In this document: one piece after another, positions 18,279 through 24,728 of the stretch
How the letters are laid out: the number at the start of each line of letters is the position of its first letter
Position numbering within the stretch: the first letter of the stretch is position 1
NCBI RefSeq assembly: GCF_000018105.1
Contig: NC_009925.1
Span: 420,001-452,000 of the forward strand
Length of the DNA: 32,000 bases
Reading direction: 5' to 3'
Source of the DNA: Acaryochloris marina MBIC11017
GTDB lineage: Bacteria; Cyanobacteriota; Cyanobacteriia; Thermosynechococcales; Thermosynechococcaceae
Notes under the pieces: generated by a model
What the model saw: only the letters and a program-made list of their open reading frames with translations
Told to the model about the DNA's origin: nothing
Databases searched by the model: none
Program-made: the position numbers and the translations under genes

Positions 18279-19277
18279 ATGAAGCTCAATAGAACCAACC
18301 TTGAACAACGTTTAGACCATCTCTATGATGTCATTGTCGTGGGGGGTGGGGCAGGCGGTCTATCTGCAGGAATCTATCTACAGCGATTTCGCCTCTCCAG
18401 TCTGATTATTGACAAAGGTAAGGCTCGTTCATCCTGGATGCAGTCATTACACAACTATTTGGGACTGCCACCGGATACGTCCGGTCGAAAACTACTGCAA
18501 CAGGGAAAAAAACACTATGACTCCTTGGCGGGAGACTTCCTCGATGGTTATGTCGAAGAGGTCACTGACGCGGAGAACATCTTTGAGATCCAAGTTAAGG
18601 TGGGTCGTCAAAACAGCCGCAACGTCAAGTTTTATTCTAAATATTTGATCGTCGCCAGCGGCATTATTGATCATCTGCTGCCTTTGGAAGATATGCAAAA
18701 TGTTTATGACTATGCGGGGTATAACCTTCATGTCTGCATGGTTTGTGATGGCTATGAAATGACCGACAAACTTTGTGGCTTCTTTGCAGGTAGTGAAGCC
18801 AGCATTGAAGAAATGGTGTTTAACCTCAGTTGGTTTACGCCCAAGATCACCATCTTTACCCATGGCCTATTTGAGGTGAGTGGTCAGATGCGCAGCCAAT
18901 TACAAGAGTATGGATATCGTTTGGTAGAAACCCCCATCCAGAAATTTTTAGGTGAGAACCACCAAATGACGGGTGTAGAGTTGGTGAACGGTTCAGTCAT
19001 TGAATTGGAAACGGGGCTAATCTCAATGGGGGCTCGCTATCACAACACCTATCTTCAGGAATTGAGCTTAGAGATGAAAGGCGGTAACTTAGTCACTGAT
19101 AAATTGGGTCGCACCTCCCATCCTCGGATTTTTGCGATCGGAGATTTAAAGGTTGGTCTGAATCAAGTGGTAGTCGCAGCAGGGGATGGTGCTTTGGCCG
19201 CCACTCAGATTTGGAGAGAGATTCGCAAAGATATTGGTCCTAGAAAATGGCTGATGAATCTCAAGCTTCCGACATAG
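18279..19277 (+). CDS. Thioredoxin-reductase-like flavoprotein with CxxC but without recognisable NADPH-binding motifs
   Basis: Has the FAD motif VVGGGAGGLSAG, the redox motif CMVCDG (TrxR has CATCDG) and the C-terminal FAIGD. The position of GGGxxA reads FAGSEA and no HRRxxxR is present. Confidence 0.8.
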   Translation: MKLNRTNLEQRLDHLYDVIVVGGGAGGLSAGIYLQRFRLSSLIIDKGKARSSWMQSLHNYLGLPPDTSGRKLLQQGKKHYDSLAGDFLDGYVEEVTDAENIFEIQVKVGRQNSRNVKFYSKYLIVASGIIDHLLPLEDMQNVYDYAGYNLHVCMVCDGYEMTDKLCGFFAGSEASIEEMVFNLSWFTPKITIFTHGLFEVSGQMRSQLQEYGYRLVETPIQKFLGENHQMTGVELVNGSVIELETGLISMGARYHNTYLQELSLEMKGGNLVTDKLGRTSHPRIFAIGDLKVGLNQVVVAAGDGALAATQIWREIRKDIGPRKWLMNLKLPT

Positions 19278-19413
19278 ATGGCTTGAATAAATTGTCGTCT
19301 CAAGGTACTGGTTAAGGCCATACTGGTTGAACCAAGACTCATTTATCGATTTTGACAGGCGAGCAATGATTAATCTGAATAAACGAGTGAAATTCTCCAA
19401 TGCCATCGCCTAG

Positions 19414-19728
19414 GTTCAACATCTCCAGGTAGTAAAACAGCAGCTTCAACTCCCAGTGACTCTGGCCCGAATTGACCGCTTTGATTTACTTTTTCTTGAT
19501 AATGTTGGCGATGTCAAAAAGTTGGATTTTGAAACCTCAGTGCTGTTTGAGTAGATTGCTCATCAGTATAAGCGGTGCTCATTTCTGATTATCGCTAACT
19601 ATCCTTTCTCGGAGTGGGACATTATCTTCCGTGACTCAATGATGATGGTAGTTGCTGTAGATCGCCTTGTTCATCATGCCTTAATTATTGAGATCAAGGC
19701 TGAGAGCTATCATGTCAGATACAGATGA
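19414..19728 (+). pseudogene. Remnant of an IS21-family IstB helper ATPase (C-terminal ~100 codons, in-frame TAG)
   Basis: The translation reads ..LARIDRFDLLFLDNVGDVKKLDFETSVLFE*IAHQYKRCSFLIIANYPFSEWDIIFRDSMMMVVAVDRLVHHALIIEIKAESYH. This matches the IstB Walker-B-to-C-terminus pattern (DLLILDELG...LFE.I..RYE..S.IITSN.PF.EW..F.D......A..DRL.HH..I....G.SYR). There is no N-terminal part and no istA. Confidence 0.7.
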
Positions 19729-20188
19729 TCGGTATGAAACATTCCAAGACTTCGTTAGAGTAGGGAGCATCACCCAAATCAGCGACTACCTGGCCAGAGG
19801 AGAAATTGATATCAATAAAACAATCTGGCCTAACAGTGAAACCCCTTTAGAGATTGCTGCAGAGAAAGGGAGAGATAAAATTGTTCCTATCCTTCTCTCC
19901 GCAGGGTTTTCGCCAGATTCAGGGAATACAGATCCGCCACTCTATTGCGCAGCAGGAGAGGGTTTCTTGGAAATTGTACAATTGCTGATTGAAGCAGGCG
20001 CTGATGTCAATATCAGAAGTTCTGATGGACTGACTCCACTTATGTCTGCCGCCGCTGGGGGATACTTGGATGTGGTTAGGCTGCTAGTTGAGTCTGGAGC
20101 TGGTGTGCAGTTTGAAACAGAAGATGAAGAAACGGCATTAAGCTGTGTTGAAATGAACCAGCATTTTCAGAGGCTGTTTGAGAAGTGA
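19712..20188 (+). CDS. Ankyrin-repeat protein, 3' end replaced by IS insertion (5' end abuts or overlaps the IstB remnant)
   Basis: Four ANK repeats are visible: TPLEIAAEKGRDKIVPILLSAG, PPLYCAAGEGFLEIVQLLIEAGADVN, LTPLMSAAAGGYLDVVRLLVESGAGV and ETALSCVEMNQHFQ. The reading frame enters the IS at 20170 and stops 19 nt later. Confidence 0.8.
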   Translation: MSDTDDRYETFQDFVRVGSITQISDYLARGEIDINKTIWPNSETPLEIAAEKGRDKIVPILLSAGFSPDSGNTDPPLYCAAGEGFLEIVQLLIEAGADVNIRSSDGLTPLMSAAAGGYLDVVRLLVESGAGVQFETEDEETALSCVEMNQHFQRLFEK

Positions 20189-21067
20189 GTAAAGCTCTCA
20201 AGGTACTAATCTGTCAATACACAAACACTGGACAGGACCTAGAGAGCAATGCCTACAGCATATGATAGCGACCTCACCACCCTGCAATGGGAATTACTTG
20301 AGCCTTTGATTCCTGCTGCTAAACCTGGAGGTAGACCTCGCACCACTGATATGCTCAGTGTTCTCAATGCCATTTTTTATCTCGTGGTTACAGGTTGTCA
20401 GTGGAGACAACTACCTCATGATTTTCCCTGTTGGTCAACGGTCTATAGCTATTTTCGAAGGTGGCGCGATGATGGGACTTGGAGTCAAATCAATGAACAT
20501 CTACGCATGCAAGTGCGGGTGAGTGAAGACCGTCATCCCAGTCCCAGTGCCGCTATCTGCGATGCTCAATCGGTCAAAGTCGGCAATCCTCGGTGTCACT
20601 TGATTGGGTTTGATGGTGGGAAAATGGTCAAAGGTCGTAAACGTCATGTGCTCGTTGATACTTTAGGGCTGGTTTTGATGGTGATGGTCACTGCTGCCAA
20701 TATCTCTGACCAACGAGGGGCCAAAATACTGTTTTGGAAAGCTCGACGCCAAGGTGCGAGTTTGTCCCGTCTAGTTCGGATATGGGCCGATGCTGGCTAT
20801 CAAGGACAAGCTTTGATGAAGTGGGTAATGGACCGTTCTCAATATGTCTTGGAAGTGATCAAACGCTCAGATAATCTAGCGGGGTTTCAGGTTGTTTCCA
20901 AACGATGGATTGTAGAACGGACGTTTGGATGGTTGTTGTGGTCTCGACGTCTTAATAAAGATTATGAGGTGCTGACTAGGACGGCTGAAGCGCTTGTTTA
21001 TGTGGCGATGATTCGACTCATGGTTCGAAGGCTAGCGCAGGAGCACTAAAACTTCTCAAACAGCCTC
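20170..21067 (+). mobile_element. Intact IS5-family (IS1031-group-like) insertion sequence, 898 bp
   Basis: Perfect 17-bp terminal inverted repeats GAGGCTGTTTGAGAAGT (20170-20186, and the reverse complement of 21051-21067). A 3-bp direct duplication TCA flanks it (20167-20169 and 21068-20170 side: 21068-21070). It carries a single transposase ORF. Size, GAG ends and the 3-bp DR fit my recollection of the IS1031 subgroup. Confidence 0.85.
20249..21049 (+). CDS. IS5-family DDE transposase
   Basis: 266 aa. N-terminal DLT..QWELLEPLIP...GGRPR..D.....NAIFY...TGCQWR.LP..FP.W.TVY.YF.RW..DG.W. DDE region VDTLG..., IWADAGYQG, VERTFGWL..RRL.KDYE. Confidence 0.9.
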   Translation: MPTAYDSDLTTLQWELLEPLIPAAKPGGRPRTTDMLSVLNAIFYLVVTGCQWRQLPHDFPCWSTVYSYFRRWRDDGTWSQINEHLRMQVRVSEDRHPSPSAAICDAQSVKVGNPRCHLIGFDGGKMVKGRKRHVLVDTLGLVLMVMVTAANISDQRGAKILFWKARRQGASLSRLVRIWADAGYQGQALMKWVMDRSQYVLEVIKRSDNLAGFQVVSKRWIVERTFGWLLWSRRLNKDYEVLTRTAEALVYVAMIRLMVRRLAQEH

Positions 21068-21101
21068 TCAGATTGTGAGCTATTTGAATGGGCAAAGATG
21101 A
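21068..21101 (+). other. Displaced original 3' end of the ankyrin gene (TSD copy, 10 codons and stop)
   Basis: Removing 20170-21070 in silico joins ..EMNQHF to Q-IVSYLNGQR-stop (TGA 21099-21101). This restores an ANK-consensus helix (compare GHLEIVKLL). Confidence 0.6.
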
Positions 21102-21261
21102 CAATTACAATCGCTCTCAATTGGTGACCAGAATACAGATGAGATGCCTTCAAATGACTCTGAATCCTTCCTCGGGCGTGAAAGGGGCAGGGGCGGATCG
21201 AGAATCGACAAAGATCCAAATACTGATCATCACCTGAGAGGAAGATTCATCTATGAAAGGT

Positions 21262-21277
21262 TATATAGTTATATAAT
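21262..21277 (+). promoter_or_regulatory. Candidate autoregulatory promoter/operator TATATAGTTATATAAT upstream of arsR
   Basis: Lies within the palindrome TTATAT-AGTT-ATATAA (21261-21276). It is identical at 16/16 positions to the minus-strand site at 11585-11600. It ends in a consensus -10 TATAAT (21272-21277), 35 nt before ATG 21313. Confidence 0.5.
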
Positions 21278-21312
21278 TGTACTGATAGCCTTCTTTTTAG
21301 TTTAATTTCCTC

Positions 21313-21675
21313 ATGTCCGACATTGTTGATAAACAAGTTTCTCCAGAAGTACTCGTAGCTGTGGCTGACTATTTTAAGGTTCTTTCAGAGGTCAGCCGCT
21401 TGCAGATCCTCAGCAACCTTAGATCAGGCCCCATGACGGTTAATGATCTGGTGGATGCGACAGGTCTTGGACAGGCCAATCTTTCCAAACATTTAAAGGT
21501 GTTGACTCAGGCGGGTCTTCTCTCCCGCACCCCCAGTGGCGTCAGTGCTTACTATGAGATTGTCGATCCACTGGTGTTTGAACTGTGTGAATCAGTGTGT
21601 GATTCCATTAGCGATCGCTTATTGCAGCAGGCACAGAAATTTAATCAATTCAAATCCTTCAGCAAATCGTCATAG
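21313..21675 (+). CDS. ArsR/SmtB-family winged-helix transcriptional regulator
   Basis: Motifs FKVLSEVSRLQILSNL....MTVNDLVDATGLGQANLSKHLKVLTQAGLL.R..G....Y. The only cysteines are Cys92 and Cys96 (ELCESVCD) in the predicted alpha5 helix. Confidence 0.9.
   Translation: MSDIVDKQVSPEVLVAVADYFKVLSEVSRLQILSNLRSGPMTVNDLVDATGLGQANLSKHLKVLTQAGLLSRTPSGVSAYYEIVDPLVFELCESVCDSISDRLLQQAQKFNQFKSFSKSS
21611..21618. repeat. HIP1 octamer GCGATCGC
   Basis: Exact match read in the sequence. Confidence 0.95.
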
Positions 21676-21707
21676 TACTGAACACGCAAGGGATTAACTG
21701 CGTCCAA

Positions 21708-21743
21708 CCCTCACGGTTTAAACTGTGAGGGCTTTCTCTTGTT
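21708..21743 (+). terminator. Rho-independent terminator candidate after arsR
   Basis: Stem CCCTCAC (21708-21714) / GTGAGGG (21725-21731), followed by CTTTCTCTTGTT. Confidence 0.6.
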
Positions 21744-21777
21744 GACCCGTTCGTGAAGCTCAGGAGAACCGTAATCG

Positions 21778-22494
21778 ATGCAGTCCCTTAACCAGCTGAT
21801 GGAGTCCTATGCTGCCGGACAGCGAGACTTTGCCCACAGCCAACTTCTCGAAGCAGAAATTGTGAAGGCTGATTTGGCAGGTATTGATCTGAGTCGGGCG
21901 GATCTGCGGCAAGCTCGGCTTGGACGTACCAATTTCAGTCATGGAACGTTTAGGGAGGCAGATTTAAGTGAAGCCCTGCTATGGGGGGCGGATTTAAGCG
22001 GGGCCGATCTTAGCAGCGCAGTATTGCGCGAAGCTGATTTGAGTGGGGCTAAATTAGTCCAGGTTAATCTGGCCAAGGCCAACCTCTACAAAGCCAGCCT
22101 GTGTGGGACTAATCTAAGGCAGGCCAATCTCACGGAGACCATTTTGTATGAGGTGGATTTAAGACCTTCCTTGGATCAGGGAACCGATTTGGGGGAGGCC
22201 GATCTGACCAATGCGGAGTTGAATTATGCCCATCTGAGTGGGGCAACGTTGGCCCACGCTATCTTAGTGGGGGCTAAACTTTGCCGCGCAAACTTGAGTC
22301 AGCAAGGATGGGGGGGACAGGTGCCGACGGATTTAAGGGGAGCTGACCTCCAACAGGCTGATTTGAGCTATGCAGATTTGCGTGGTGCTTGGTTACAAGA
22401 GGCCAACCTCCGCCGAGCGGATTTAACGGGGACCGATTTAGGGGGTGCCCAATTGACAGGGGCCATTATGCCGGATGGGCGGACTTATACCTAA
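21778..22494 (+). CDS. Pentapeptide-repeat protein
   Basis: 238 aa, almost entirely A(D/N)L(S/R)xA-type pentapeptide repeats (ADLSEALLWGADLSGADLSSAVLREADLSGAKL...). Confidence 0.85.
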   Translation: MQSLNQLMESYAAGQRDFAHSQLLEAEIVKADLAGIDLSRADLRQARLGRTNFSHGTFREADLSEALLWGADLSGADLSSAVLREADLSGAKLVQVNLAKANLYKASLCGTNLRQANLTETILYEVDLRPSLDQGTDLGEADLTNAELNYAHLSGATLAHAILVGAKLCRANLSQQGWGGQVPTDLRGADLQQADLSYADLRGAWLQEANLRRADLTGTDLGGAQLTGAIMPDGRTYT

Positions 22495-22513
22495 GCGCTG
22501 GAACGTTTGAGGT

Positions 22514-23581
22514 TTAGTGAATTTCGTCACGCAGGTGTTCCGCATTGAGGGGTGCAATCAGATAGAGACGTAGAAAATCTCCAATGATGCCTAATAGGTG
22601 GGGGGCTTTACGTAGCCACTTGAGTAGTTTGGGGGGATTCGCTGCGTCAATGGCTTTGAGTTGAAGGTTGCGATCGCTACAACGATGCAGTCGAGGAAAA
22701 AACTGAGGATGGTCCACGTTGAGGTACACCGGGAAGGCTCGCGCGGCGGTTTCATTGGTTTTTCGAATCACTTCCGTATCAAAGTCCGTGGGGTCGAGGC
22801 CCAACATTTCATAGAAGGTATGGCGCTCCTGCACGGTCAAAGAATGGGTGACAAACACCGTGAGTAGAAAGAAGCGACTCCACAATCTCGATTTCCAGGT
22901 ATTCCACAGTTGGGGTTGAGATCGCACCAATGCCTTAAAGATATCGCCATGACGATTTTCATCCTGACACCAGCTTTCGAAGTAGTTAAACAAGGGATAA
23001 AAGTGATGTTCGGGGTGCTGTTCTAAATGCCGATAAATAATGATGTAGCGCCAATAACCAATTTTTTCAGAGAGATAAACCGTATAGAGCACCCATTCAA
23101 TGGGGAAAAAGGTGTAAGTCCGCTGTTTCGTAAGCTTGCCTAAATCCAGTGAGAGCTTAAAATCCCCCATGGACTTATTGAGAAAGCCTGCATGACGCGC
23201 TTCATCCCGTGCCATTAAGCTAAAAATCTCTGCCAGTAACGGGCTTTTCCCTTTTAGTCGCCGGGATAATTCCTTAAAGAGTAAAAACCCTGAAAATTCA
23301 GAGACGCAGGATCGCTCCAGATAGTCTAAAAATGCTTCTCGCTCTTCACCTGTGATGTGATCCCAAGACTGCTCAAAGGCGTCATCTCGAACAAAGTGGA
23401 AACGGTTATAGTCGGCCTTCATCTCCGCCAACATCGCTTCTAAACCGTCTGCTTGGGCGGATAAATCTAACGCTGCGGCCTTTTCAAAATCGGTGATGTA
23501 GAAGCGAGGAGTCAAAATATTCTCTTGAACATCCTGCTTGACAACAGACGGTGAGCTGGGTTGAGGGGCGGTTTGAACCAT
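22514..23581 (-). CDS. acsF: Mg-protoporphyrin IX monomethyl ester oxidative cyclase (AcsF/ChlA family di-iron enzyme)
   Basis: Motifs ILTPRFYITDF, SCVSEFSGFLLFKEL, ARDEARHAGFLN, YLSEKIGYWRYI and CQDENRHGDF (two ExxH di-iron motifs). 355 aa. Confidence 0.95.
   Translation of the reverse strand: MVQTAPQPSSPSVVKQDVQENILTPRFYITDFEKAAALDLSAQADGLEAMLAEMKADYNRFHFVRDDAFEQSWDHITGEEREAFLDYLERSCVSEFSGFLLFKELSRRLKGKSPLLAEIFSLMARDEARHAGFLNKSMGDFKLSLDLGKLTKQRTYTFFPIEWVLYTVYLSEKIGYWRYIIIYRHLEQHPEHHFYPLFNYFESWCQDENRHGDIFKALVRSQPQLWNTWKSRLWSRFFLLTVFVTHSLTVQERHTFYEMLGLDPTDFDTEVIRKTNETAARAFPVYLNVDHPQFFPRLHRCSDRNLQLKAIDAANPPKLLKWLRKAPHLLGIIGDFLRLYLIAPLNAEHLRDEIH
22670..22677. repeat. HIP1 octamer GCGATCGC
   Basis: Exact match read in the sequence. 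Confidence 0.95.
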
Positions 23582-23798
23582 GGGGATCTGCTCTCTTATG
23601 CTCTAAAGTGGAGTGCTAAATAATTTTATAGCCATGAAGTAGTTTAAAGGGGTATTTACAAGAAACACCTTGCATTATGGTTTTTTAATAAAAAGAGACA
23701 TGGCTTAAAAGTCCTTTAAACAGAACTTATGGTGTGGGTAGACAATATTTCGGTAAAAATTTTTGCTATTTCAATTAAACAACCATATAGTTATTATT

Positions 23799-23833
23799 AA
23801 ATTACTCTTATTGAACTGTTCCTTGAGTAATTT
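23799..23833. promoter_or_regulatory. 9-bp perfect inverted repeat AAATTACTC-N17-GAGTAATTT in the acsF/heme-oxygenase divergent region
   Basis: Read directly from the sequence. It lies about 70 nt upstream of the heme oxygenase ATG (23903). It could be an operator or a 5'-UTR hairpin. Confidence 0.3.
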
Positions 23834-23902
23834 AGGTCTCAAACCTTTGTGATGACAGGAGTGCCTAGTGCACACCCATTTGCCCAGGAGGTCAAATTCG
23901 TT

Positions 23903-24631
23903 ATGAGCTGTAATTTAGCCTGTGCCCTCCGTCAAGGGACCCAGCATGCCCACGTTCTTGCTGAGAACACAGCCCTGATGAAGGCCTGGATGAAGGGCAT
24001 GGTCGCCTTAGACGCGTTTCGAGAGCTACTGGTGAACCTCTATTTTGTCTATGGCAGTTTGGAGCAGCAGCTCTATTCCCATCAAACTCATCCAGTCTTG
24101 GGTCAGATTTACTGGCCTTCTCTGAATCGTCAGGATAATCTGCGTCAGGACTTGGTGTATTTTTACGGCCAGGATTGGCAGCAGCATATCCGTCCTCGGA
24201 CAGCGGGTTTGCAATATGCGGCTCGCATTGGCGTTGTAGGTCTTACGGCTCCAGAACGGTTGGTTGCTCATGCCTATGTTCGCTATATGGGAGATTTATC
24301 GGGAGGACAACAGCTTCAAAGAATTGCTCGAACCGCCTTATCGTTACCCCTCAAACAAGGGACACGATTATACGATTTTGAGGATTTGCCTTCCGTAGAG
24401 GCCAAAAAGCGATTTAAACAGCGCTATCGGGATGCTTTAAATCATTTACCCATTGGACCAGAGACAGTTCAGCAGATTGTGGAGGAAGCGAATCTCGCCT
24501 TTCGGCTGACTTGCGACTTGATGCAGTCCCTAGAAGCCGATTTGCAAGCAGCTCTGGGAGAAGAAGCGTTCCAGTCCATTCTTCAAGGGAATCGTCCTCC
24601 CCTCCATCCTGCCCGCCCCTCCGTGGCCTGA
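23903..24631 (+). CDS. Heme oxygenase (context suggests the low-oxygen HO2-type isoform)
   Basis: Motifs LRQGTQHAHVLAEN (proximal His region), YVRYMGDLSGGQ and the general HO fold pattern. ATG 23903 follows AGGAGG. The track start at 23849 is an extension. Confidence 0.88.
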   Translation: MSCNLACALRQGTQHAHVLAENTALMKAWMKGMVALDAFRELLVNLYFVYGSLEQQLYSHQTHPVLGQIYWPSLNRQDNLRQDLVYFYGQDWQQHIRPRTAGLQYAARIGVVGLTAPERLVAHAYVRYMGDLSGGQQLQRIARTALSLPLKQGTRLYDFEDLPSVEAKKRFKQRYRDALNHLPIGPETVQQIVEEANLAFRLTCDLMQSLEADLQAALGEEAFQSILQGNRPPLHPARPSVA

Positions 24632-24728
24632 TTGACAGGAAGCAAACCGTGACATACCAGACCCGCCGCCCATTGTTGGGAGAGGTGGGCTACCATCCCC
24701 CACTATTACTGAATAAGGTCAGTCCCCT

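Noticed and set aside
19298-19309. The 12-mer TCTCAAGGTACT is shared between 19298-19309 and the IS interior (20196-20207), which could be a solo IS end.
   Set aside because: By rough arithmetic, dozens of 12-mer coincidences are expected in a 32-kb window. The flanking sequence does not align convincingly with the IS terminal repeat.
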